Shown: positions 34,901 through 46,900 of the stretch, in pieces
How the letters are laid out: each line of letters begins with the position of its first letter
Numbering within the stretch: the first letter of the stretch is position 1
Source: Amphiscolops sp. MND2022
Taxonomy: Eukaryota
Length of the DNA: 64,000 nt
NCBI GenBank assembly: GCA_964187785.1
Contig: OZ076409.1
Location: 20,648,001-20,712,000 of the forward strand
Reading direction: 5' to 3'
The notes under the pieces: generated by a model
What the model was told of the DNA's origin: nothing
The model's input: the letters and a program-made list of their open reading frames with translations, nothing else
Database searches by the model: none
Translations under genes and position numbers: made by a program

Positions 34901-37900
34901 GTCAACACTATACTTTAACAGGGAGGGACCCTTTGCACTAAGTTTGCATTGGCCGGACTTGGCACTTCAGGAGTTTCTTTAGAAAGTGGACCGATCAGTG
35001 TGAGTCTGAAGAAAAAAGTCAGTTATTGTCGGACATTTTTCCCTAAAAAGAAAACGCGCCGACTAAAAAATCTAGCATCTGTAAGAATCGGACATTTTTT
35101 GGTACAAAAAGCGCCGCCCAAAATTACTTTGTGACATTTTTCAAGAACAGCGAACTGACGATTTCTATGAGCACTTCCAGAAGTTGGGATTTCTAACTGC
35201 CAGTTGCCCTAGAGTAAAGATTAACCCGGCTTTTCTCAGTGCTGCGGGTGACCACTTTGAATACCTCCTGTGGATCTGATGAGTTTTCTCAATGATGAAG
35301 AAGTTAATTTCCCCATTATCGCGGCGTGGACGCCGAATAAGCAGCTATGCTTTTTTAAGCCAGCGCTTTTTCAGATACTATCTCCCCATAGCAAGCTATT
35401 GTACTATATTTGCAGCCAAGTGGTCAAGCAATGGTGGACTTGAAGCTGTGGTTTCAAAGCGACTTGCTCAAGATCAAAAAGGTGTGACTGCTCAGTGCTC
35501 ATCGTTGCTCTTTTCGTTTTTGCTTTTCTCCGCCAAATGCGTTCTTTTTTGTCATTGACCATAACATCAAGCTAGGGATAAGGGACTTTGTTAAGGTCCA
35601 ACAAAGATGAAGTTCAGAGAGATTCGAACCTGATACCGCCCCAGTACAGGCTGAATGCTTTAACCACTACGTCATGCTCCCCCTTAATAATTGAGGATAA
35701 TAAATCCGAAGAACAGAGATTCATAAAGCGCACAACCGATCTGAAATGGACTTAACTTCCCTCCCATATACATTAGATTGTATATTCTAAATCTCCAAAA
35801 TTTAACGTTTCCATCAAGTATTGAATTTACAAAAATTGGCACTGAACATTTTGCTGTCAATAATTTGGGGCCAAGACAGTTCAATTATTACATGCATTCT
35901 TCTGATTTATAACTTTTTATTTTTCCACAATTTACAGCCAAGCACGGTAATCACAATACGTCATTTTTCATTGCGCGAAATTGGAAAGCACTTCTCACTT
36001 GGTCTAGAGGTTATCGCGGATTTCTCGGCGTGGTGACTGGGGATGGGTTCTAATCCCGCGCTGTGCTATATTGTTTGCAAAAAAGGCAGGCGAGACGGGA
36101 GGTGTTTTCGACGCAATGCGACTTTTCTCCTGAATTTTGAAAATCATTGAAGCCCGCTTTTTTCATTTTTTGACTCTTCAGCAAGGAAAAAGCGTTTCAA
36201 GAGCCTAGACGATCTCGGTTTGAATCTACAGGTTTGTGTTTTTGATGTTTTCAATACAAGAAAAAGCATTTCTTGAGTCCCAATGGTGACAACTTTGGAC
36301 ATTTTTGGTACTGTGAGATTGAGAGTTTTCTCAATAATAGTTCAAACTTCCGACATCATACTTCAAAGGAGCAATAAGTTCGCTTACACAGGGACAAAAT
36401 CATGAATTAAACCCAAATTGACCAGTATTTCCGATTTTATAGGACCGGTATTGGTTCTAAGAGTTTGGGATTTAGAGTGAATCTGGAAGTTAATGAATGT
36501 CATGCAAACTACATTTTTCAAGATGATAGTCCATATTTTAGCCATAGGCCCTGATAAATTTTTCATGGGATTTTTCTCATATTTCGGATAAAAATAAATA
36601 ATGATACAAGTCCAAAATGGTAATAATGGTTTTCGAAAATCCTAAAGAATCAAAATTTTGTATAACTCAGGTTTCGAAAATGTATCTAGTTAGACATTAC
36701 TGCGCGAGTTACAAGATAAGAGCCTTTCACACAAGATTGAAGAAACAATTGCTACATTACTGCCGCAACTACAGTAGTTGGTTCCCTAAATTATACCTGT
36801 GAACAATGTCTAGAAAACAATTATATATATTTGAATTAAAGATCTTTTAATTGAAAAATGGTCGGATTTATGCATTTTTTGTAACATTCTGAGCAGAAAA
36901 ATGCAAATCTTGCAAGATTTTTGCAAGAGTTAGATTCTAAAAATGCATTTTCTTACAAGATCTTACAAGAATTCTTGTAAGAATTTTGCAAGAGTTGTGA
37001 TTTTTGTAACTTAGGGGAACGCCATACCAAGTCACGAATCGAGATAGTATCATTGCTTTAAATAAAACTGTTAATAGAAACATCGCAGAATGGTTGCTAT
37101 TCAAATAAATTCATAGCCTTTTTTACATATTTACAACCATAATCAACATACCACGGATCGTAATGTGGCATAAAATCAAAACTTTTTAGGATTTTGTCCA
37201 ACACTATTCGTTTCTCCATTGTTGATCGCCGTTGAAACGTTTCGTTACCAGCTAACTCATGCAATATGCAACACTCTACCTTCTGCTCGGACATAGGGAA
37301 GAAAGGCACGTAGTAATCGATCCGTTTGCTGAGAACTAAGTCAGACTGATAGAAAGAAGAGCTTCCATCGTTGAAGGACAGAGCTTCGATAATCCGCTCT
37401 ACTTCCAAATATGGTAGATCATGCGCACTTCGTCCCTTGAAAAACACAGTTTACAAAATTGTTCACTTCAAGACTCACTAATATTTCTGCAACTAAAAAA
37501 ATTCACCCGAGTTTTCGAGATGAAATCAATTTGGCAAAAATTCCGAAAGAAATTCTTCCAATTCCAAAGAGCTCGTGAACATTTTCAATTACTCAATTTT
37601 GCGAAAAAAATTGCTTCATTTCAGATATGACTTCTTTCATGACCCAAAGGGGTCATGGCAGGTAGTAAGATGCCTGAGGTAGTAAGAGCCCGCCCCGAAG
37701 GCATTTTACCAGGCTTGGAGGCGCATCTCTTGCTCCGATGTCATCGTACAACTATTCTCTAACTTACTTAGAGCTCATATGGTTTCTTAAAACGACGCTC
37801 TTTGAAATTGAAAAACACTCACTCCTAGTAAGACAACAGTTCGCTAAAAGCCCTGTAATAAATTTGCAAATAATGAAGAAACATCCTAATTTCGTTTTCC

Positions 37901-40900
37901 ATTAATTATTTTTTTTTCAAATGAAAAGGCATGTGGGACATCATTTTAGTAGCCAATTTATAACACTTGACTGCTAATTCCTACCTTTTCTCTATTCGAA
38001 AAGTCTTGAAGACTTGGAACTGTTTACAAGAAAATTTGAATTAGATAGTTTTAGATAAGGGGTTGGTTCTCTATTGTGTTGATTCAATTACTTCCTAACA
38101 CGTGGGAGTAAGCCTTTTTTGGTATATTCTTTTTTGATATCAGTGGTTTGACAAAAAATAACAGAATCGGCTGAATAAGGCGACTTCATCTATTTCAGAA
38201 AATGTTTAGTTCTTTTTAGTCGGCGCATTTTCCTTTAAGGAAAAAAGCCCGACTATTACAGTGGCTAGTTTTTTTTTCTTTTTTTTTCGTCAGACCACAG
38301 AGCTCATCGCGTATGTACCACTTTTTACAGAAACTGATAAGTTCACTCAGGCCAAGTTCCACCAATGCAAACTTACTGCAAAGGGTCCCCCCTTTCGTTT
38401 TTTACCTTTTTTACGTAACCTACAAAACCGGAAGACTCCAAAGGGTCCCCCCTTTCAATTTTTTTTCGGCACTGTGCGAATTTTTTTTTCGAAAATTTTC
38501 AATTTTTCAAAAGAGTCCCCCTTTCGGATTTTTTGATATTTTGCAACAGAAAATATGTTAATGAATCCCAAAGGGTCCCCCCTTTTCATTTTTCGGCACT
38601 ATGCGACGTTTTCGAAGTTTTTTTCAAAAATTTTTTTCAAAAAAAATTTTCAAAAAAAATTTCAAAAATTTTTTTGTTTCCAGTCGAGAAAAGTGATTTT
38701 CCAGTCATATCGAGCATGAAAGGCACACTTTGGGTGTCTCGAAAGTGTTTTCAAAGCTTTTCATGAATACATCCTGGGCATATTTAGAAAACTGAGCTTT
38801 TTGAGCCTTAGATATAGCGCCGACTTTAGACGTTCCCGTCTTGTTTCATACTACTGTAGATGCAAGAGGAATGAGAGAAAAAAAGAGTCGATTTTTTGGT
38901 GATATAAATGTTGATATTGTCTCTGATACAAGGATGTTTCAGCTTACAGAGAACCATTAAAAAGAATCTCGAATGGTGAATCTTGCGATGTTAATTGTTT
39001 GTACAACACGGACTGGCGTCTTTACCAATTGCAATATTTTTCAGAAATATTAACAAAACGGGAGCGCCTGAATTCGCGTTTTTTCTCAAACTGACATCTC
39101 GATTCTTTTGATTGATTTGGATTTCTATAATTAGAAGCTCTTTTCAAAGAAAATGATAAAGTTTTTCTCAACTGAAGTTATCAAAAAAAGCGTCCCTCCA
39201 GGGCATTGAAGAAGTTCCTCAAGAAAGTCAAACAATAAGATCAAATAATCACTTGGCACTATAGGGGACTCCTGAAAAGCTGAAGTTCGTAAAAACTTAG
39301 AAACAACCGGGTTTGTTGAACTGGATTTTATTATTTTCATTTTCCAAATAACTGATGTTTCATGCGTTATCACTGCTATTCGAAGGAACATGCATAGCTA
39401 GCGTACAGTTGGTTCTTATCGCTGCAAAGATTACGTAATACGATTCAACGCGTTCAAAACAATGACTACACAAACGCTTCAAAAACTAAACTTGCTTGAT
39501 CTTACTGATGGAAATTCTGTTCGATCTTTATTTCAAGAATTGATACAACTTATTGATAATCAAAAAGACGAGATTACTAAATTACGAACTGATTATGATG
39601 AACTTAAAAACGAAAAGGACGCACTAGGAAAAAGAATAACGAAAATGGAACGATACTCTTCTTATATGTGTCTGACATTCCATGGTATTCGAGATGGTGG
39701 TGAGTACCCGGTACATAAAATTGTGGAAATCATCAGGTCAGTACATATTCCAATCGAGCCTTGTGATATTGCAGCATGTCATTATCTTCCCGGTGATGGG
39801 AGAAACAAACCAATTATCGTTAAATTTCTTTACAATCATCAACGTGATAAAGTTTGGGAACAACGTAATTCTTTTTTTGATCCCCAAACAAAGTCAATTA
39901 TTTATGTCAACGAAAGGCTTGCTGAAAATGATCGCGACGTTTACAACTACTGTAGAAAAGAAAAACACTTCATAACAGCTACTCACAAAAATCAAGTACG
40001 AGTCAAGGTTTCGGAACATGATAAAACATGGTACCCGGTGGACAGCCGTATACAAGCTGATGCTATTGGGAACAAAATGGTCTCCTCAAGTGAGCTCACT
40101 GAGTGGGGCATGGAAAAATATCCCACTAACGAAGTGAACATGGATGAAAAGAAAACACCGGCCAAACGAAATCGACACGTTGCATTTAATTCTCCCTCAA
40201 ACGAGAAACAACCTGATCAGAGTGACAAGCTGGATAAATTATTCAATCTCACTGAGAAACTTTTTACGTTACTGGTAGAGAAACAGTCGCCGCCATCAAA
40301 AAAAGCTGCAAACCAAGACGAACGTAATAAAGAATCTAATGGAAGCAGTGATTGAGAATCCTGAAACAAAAATTCTGAAATGTCAGCTATTTCTTTTCAT
40401 GATGAAGCACCAAAAAGATCAACCATTTTAGGCCTAAACGTTCAATCTTTGAGATTCCATCAACCTGACTTAGCTTTGCTTCTCGATACGATGACAAGTA
40501 AACCTGACATTATATTATTAACGGAAACTTGGTTAACTGAAAATGACCCTATAGATAAGTTGAACATCAAAAGCTATCAACCTTTTGAATCAAAACCTCG
40601 AACTTTTTCTAAACGAAGGTCGGGCGGTGTAGGAGCATATTTTTCAGAGGCATGTGAGTATCAGTCGATCAATTTTGAAACTGTTATCGAATGCGCAATA
40701 TACCAAGTGACATTTTTTGATAAAAAGATGGTTTTTTGTGTTTTATATAGACCCGAGACATTCAGACTAGCCAGATTTTTCGAGGAATTGGAGAAACCAC
40801 TGTATTTCTTAAGTTCAATGAACCAGGAAATTTTAATCTTCGGAGATTTCAACATCGACACACTGAAAAACGAGAAAGCTCAACGAGATTACAAAAATCT

Positions 40901-43900
40901 GCTAAGTGCTTATAATCTAGGAATAAGAAATTTCGAGCCAACACGGGTAACACCGACGTCAAAAACGTGTATCGATCATTTTATTACAACTAATTCAATT
41001 GAAACTGAAACCTTGCAAACAACAATAAGCGATCATTTCACGGTTTCCGCTCAAGTATCTCATAATTTAGCAAACAAACAACATGATCCACCATGTGCTA
41101 AAGTTCGGAATTTAAAAAACCTTAAAGGGGAAAAGGCACTAAATTTTCTCTTTCTTCTCGATCAAAAGTTGAAAAAACTCCCACAACATATGAATGCAAA
41201 TGATTACATGGACGCATTGGCAAAAACAATCATGGAAACAGTAGATAAATTTGCACCTGAAAAGCGTGCTGAGAATAATAAAAAACATTTCAAGGAGACT
41301 TGGATCACTAACGAAATCAAAAATGCAATTGTAAAAAGGAATATTTTGTTCGAAAAATGGATTCAAAATCCCGCAAAAACGAATCGCGAACGATACAAAA
41401 CTGCACGTAATAACGTTACCAAATTAATCCGAAAAGAAAAAAGAAACGAAAATTTCAAAAAACTGGGGGAAAATCCAACACCCAAGCAAATCTACAAAAC
41501 GTTGAAAACGAAGAAAAATCAGGCAGAAAACGCAAATAATCTCCCTGACATTGAAATTTTAAATAATTATTTTCTTTCTGTCGGGTCACTTTTGTCCAAA
41601 AAAATTCAAGAAACATCTTCAACTTTCCCTATTGAAATGCAACCAAAGACTATGCTCTTGAGCGAAACTAATGAACAGGAGATTTCCAAGATCTTATGCA
41701 AAACGAAAAACAAGAAGAGTGCAGGTTATGATGGAATCTCAAACGAAATTTTGAAATGTTGTTCTCCCATCATTGAATGCTATCTTGCAAAAGTCGTAAA
41801 CAAATGCATAACAGAAGAAATTTTTCCCGAATGTTTGAAAGTATCGAAGGTCATTCCTTTGCACAAGAAAGGTGATAAAAAAGAACCAGGAAACTACAGA
41901 CCTATCAGTTTGTTAAGCCCCTTGAGCAAAGTTTTTGAATCAGTTCTCCTTAAAAGGATGTTAGGCTTTAGTGAAAAGTGTAAACTCCTATCTTTAAACC
42001 AGTTCGGTTTCAGACCTAAAAAGTCATGTATCCACGCGATCGCTAAAATTACTGAGTATATCAGAGATTCAATTGATAGAAAGGAAACAGGACAAGCCTG
42101 CTTCGTCGATTTGAGTAAAGCATTTGACACGATTGATCATTCAATTTTATTACGCAAACTGGAAATAAATGGTTTCAGAGGAAAAATTTTCAACCTAATT
42201 GAAACTTTCTTAACCAACCGATTACAATACATTGACTCTCTTGACAAGACATCAAAGAAAGGTAAAGTTTTATGTGGTGTTCCACAAGGATCAGTGCTAG
42301 GCCCTTTTCTTTTTCTACTGTATAATAATGACCTAGACAATGCTTGCACCGAAAGTTCTTTAACAATGTTCGCGGACGACACGACAGTTATCAAAGCAGG
42401 TCGTAGAACTGATTCTCTTATCCGCAAAGATGTGAATGTAATGACCCATTGGTTCGATGCTAACAAATTGACAATCAATGTCGATAAATGTGAAGCGATT
42501 CATTTTGGAAGGGGCATACCTGATGAAGTTCAGATCAAAGATAACCATTTACATTACAAACCCTGTTGCAAATATTTAGGTGTTTACATTGATCCAACGC
42601 TGACTTTCAGAGACCACATAGATTATGTTGTGAAAAAACTGAATAAATTCTGCGGTTTAATTTACAACGTAAGGCATCTGTACCCTAAAAAATGTTTGTT
42701 AATGTTTTACAACGCGTATGCTAAATCGATCATAACATATGGCTTATTAATTTACGGAGCCGCGGCCAAAACTAATCTATCTAGAATTGAGAGTGTACAA
42801 AGAAGAATTCTACGAGCTATTTTTTTCAGAAAACGACAAGATTCCTTGCAAGAAATACTTGCTGTGAACAAAATCAATACTGTCTACGAGCTTTTCTTGA
42901 ACGAAGTGGTTTCTGAAGTTTTCAAAGAAATGAGATCTGATTCTCCATTGAAATTACTAGACTTTGAAAAATTGCCCAAGTCCAACACGACAACAAGATG
43001 GAACTCGAAAGGAGTTTTCGCTCCAATTGCGTCTCGAACTGTAGTCAAGAAAAAATGTTTAGCAAATTCATTAATGAAAGCTTATAACTGGTTGACTGAA
43101 TTGAACCTAATACCCCCTAACTTGCTAAATTTGAGCCAAGAGCAATTGAAAAAACATCTAAAACTTGTCAACGACCTATACATCACTGACAATAAAGAAC
43201 TTTTTTGTCTCTATTTTTGTGCCTAAAACATTTAACCGAGCAAGATAGCATGCAAGTTGGTGCTTCTATTATATGCAAAAAGGGCACTAGCTCGAAGAGC
43301 AATTATGCTCATCTGGTGTCCTAACTGGATAAATTGAATGATAAATAATTATTTGTATTATTTTGTTTCATGCTATCCAGTTAAATAAACTTCTTCTTCT
43401 TCTTCTATTCGAAAATTTTGGTGTTAGCTAGATTCTAATCCCCGAATTCCACATACCAAAAAAAACAACAAAAAACTGAAAAAACGCTATATCCAAAATT
43501 CCGACGTTGTTTCTGAAAAATATACATACGTTATATCCGAAAACACTATTTCAATTGTTTAATTTTAGAAACTGACTAGTACGGTATTCGAACCCGCGTT
43601 GTTAACTTGGCAAGCCAATGCTCTAGACACTATGATATCGCGCCTCTTATCTAAGACAGATTCTTCAATAAAACTTTTAAAAAGTGGCTACTTCAGAGAC
43701 AGCTGGAGAGAAAACTTGCCACTGAAAAACGTGATCTTTTTCAAAAAGCGTGTTCTGAAAAAATGTTTACCTTTTCATGTTCTTGCTCTGCAATGTGTGT
43801 CAATCCGAATCTGGCTGTGTTCGATATGAGGATGAACGTGGCCTTCCGATAATCGACCCCTTCAACTTTTTCAACATTGTCTATATAGGGCAGAATGCTG

Positions 43901-46900
43901 TCTAACAAATTCGGATGCAGCACATGAATATCATCGAAGACTATCACAGCATGCTTACAAACTTTAACAGCTTTCTTTATGTCGGCGCCGATTGTCGTCT
44001 GATCTTCGGGTACACGATGGGTATCGTTGTGTAGACCCAGCAATCTTCCTGAGTTATAATAGAAAAACTTCGTGTTTTCTCCTTTTTTGAAGATAGCATT
44101 TCTTATAAGAAACGTAAGGAAAGTTTTGCCAGCTCCTGAAACAACACCGGAAATCCAGATGAGCGAATTTTTTGGCAGTTAATTTTAGGTGTTGCACCAG
44201 TTTTGAGGTGGTTAATTAGTCCCATCATTGTACTTGAATCAGGGTTTTGGCCTCTAGGTAGCGGTTTAGCGAAGAAAGGCATACACAAAGAGACAGCGTA
44301 AAACTATTGAAAACCATTGAATTTTTCAAAAAGTTCTTTGGAGAAATTCAAGTTTTATCTAAAAACAATTGCATGCTTTTTGACTGACTGTATTTTCCCC
44401 TCACTTTTGCAAATCTGTAAATGCAATCCAGATGAATGTAGCAAAATTGCCCCACCCAACAAAATAATCAGTTTGGGTACTTTTCGATGTTTCTATTAAA
44501 AGAATGGCGTTTTTCGATGCCGCAGGTTGTCATATTAGATACTTTTGCCACTCTGAAATTTATGAAAACTTCTTAAAAGCCACTACTATAACTAACGGCT
44601 TTGATGAAATAGAGTGAGAATAAACAACTGTATTTTAATTTTCTCAGACCACAATCGTAGTCTATCTTGTTTTGTCTAAACACTTTGACAGTTTTACTTT
44701 TTTCCAACATTCTTTTCGACTCCATATATATACACTGAAAGGTCATATTTGTCTGGAGCTCTTCTGTTTCTACTCATTCTTGCGGGTTCTGCTTTCTCTC
44801 CTTGGTCTGGTTCAGCGCTGTTTTCTTCTTGTTCCAAGTCTGCAAATACCTGTGTTGTTTCTTCCGCATTTCTTGTCTGTATGTCTCTCATTGCCTAATG
44901 TTTCGTTTTCTTTGGGCAATTTTGTTTTTATTCTGCCTTTGGTTCCCGAGCATTTTCTCTTTTAGACAGGGTCACTTCGGTTTTTCCTTCAGGTGCAAAT
45001 TGTACTGTGTGGTCTGTCTCTTTGGTCATTCTTCCCCTTCTTCCCCTAAAGAGTCCAGCCAATTTTCCTTTTCTTTGGCGCTCTCTGACGAAGATTGTAC
45101 TGTCGCCGTCACGGGGAAAGTCCTCTAGTGGATCCAGTTCCACTGATTTGCCGTAGTCTAAATCATTCAATTCTTTATACAGTTTAACTCTTATTGATGT
45201 TACTGTGTTTGGTTTTTGACCGGTACGCCTCTCAAACCGCGACTTCCCATCTTTCTCTTTACTGATCTTTAGTGCGCTTACTAATTGGTAGAACAATTTG
45301 TTCTGCTTTTCGACTTGTACTTCGGGGTTTGCTCTTAATCTTTCATTCACTGTTCTTAGAGGTCTCTCGATTTTTCCATTTCCCCTCTGGTCATTATTCT
45401 CTAAGATTTTTAAATTCACTTCCCATGAAAACAGTTGCTTGATCAGTTCTTACTGTTTGTGGAATCCCATTGTTACTTATGTTTTTTCGCAAAAACTTTT
45501 CAACCACATTAATGTCCGTACTTTTTACAAACTGTAGTGTAGGGTACGCTGAAACGTGATCTATTGCTACTAGTAAAACTTTTCTGTTTTCGAGACCTGA
45601 AAAGGATCCCATGAAATCCAATGGAATTTCTTCGTTTACCTGTTTTGGTTTTCGAATGGTTCTAAATTCCCTTTGTCTTTTTATAGTTTTTATGTTTTTA
45701 CCTGCTTTTTGGCAATTTCCGCATGTTTTTGCACAAGCAACAGTTTGTGTGTTTATTTGGGGCCACTAGACCTCGTCCACTGCTGCCAGCATAGCATCTC
45801 TGCCGCTATGACCGCTGTGGATGCTGTTTACTACGGCCTGCCTCATGTCGATTGGAATAAATAATCGATTTTCGTAATAAACAAGCCCCCGGTCTACTCG
45901 CAAGTCTTTAAACACATGTCGAAATAATTTATATTTCTTTCAAAGTATTTTAATATCGCGTCGTAAAACAGCTTCACGAACGTTTTGTAAACCCCGGTCT
46001 GCTTGATAGTTGGCCATAAGTAATCCGTCTGTAATTTCCCTGAACGTTTTAACTTTTAAAAACTATATTTCAGGGTTTATCTGAGCTGATGATGATGCTT
46101 CTTTAACTGATGATACAATTGATTGTAGATGGGAAGTTTTCAATTCTGAAGATTTTTCTTTTTCCTTTGATTGAACAATAGGTTCAGGTCTTTGAAATTT
46201 TGATGAACGAATTAAATTGCGTGTGGCATTTCTTTCACGACTAGATTGTAAACAACTCATTCTGATTTGTTTACTCTAGCACTCAAGACGGTCTGCTCTT
46301 TCAATCTCTTTCTCGTTTTCTACATCCTGTGCTCTCATTGACTGGTTTAAAAATTTGTTCAATATCTGAGTGGCGCATAGCTGCCTTTGGTAGTTTTTGT
46401 TAACTTCTTGTACGGAATTAAATACGATCGAATTTTCATGAAACTTTTTCGCGCTTTTTGACCATTCGTTTTCATTGTAATCACTGGGATGTCTTGATAA
46501 ATCGTCTGCTTATCCCATTGTTCGTCATGGTTGATGAACTACTTCCATATCAAAGGGTAAAAGTCTATCTATCCATCTAGTAAGCCTACTAGAATACGTT
46601 TTATTACCGTGATTACTTTTCAGTGCTGTTTCCAGCGCTTTATGGTTGGAAATGACTTCAAATCTTACTCCATTAACGTAGTTACGAAAATGTTCTACCG
46701 CCTAAACTATGGCGAGTAATTCTAGCTCGTTCGTGGAGTTCCTTGTTTCGTTATCTGACAAGCATCTTGATCCGCATGATAGTAACTCCCTATCACCCTT
46801 CTCATTTTTTGGCATTAGTAATGCTCCTAGACCGTCATGACTAGCCTACCGTCACAAACTAAGCGCAATTTGTTCAACCTATTGAAGTGTAATAATCGAA

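Larger units (their letters stand above)
39385..43405 (+). mobile_element. Apparently intact non-LTR retrotransposon (CR1/L2/Crack group)
   Basis: Two open ORFs, 3' stem-loops, AATAAA plus a (TTC)5 tail. Candidate TSD CTATTCGAA at 39376-39384 and 43405-43413. Confidence 0.92.

Noticed and set aside
35600..36070. Functional tRNA genes (also 43578-43645 and 54310-54400)
   Set aside because: A/B-box-like motifs are present but there is no complete acceptor stem or cloverleaf; treated as SINE-like or pseudo-tRNA.
37991..38002. Alternative LINE TSD TCTATTCGAAAA
   Set aside because: It would need a 1.4-kb 5' UTR containing an older HINE. The match at 39376 is more parsimonious, though this one is not formally excluded.
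44048..44053. Torsin pseudogene lacking Walker A (acceptor at 44049)
   Set aside because: An upstream acceptor at 44136 gives an in-frame exon containing GAGKT.
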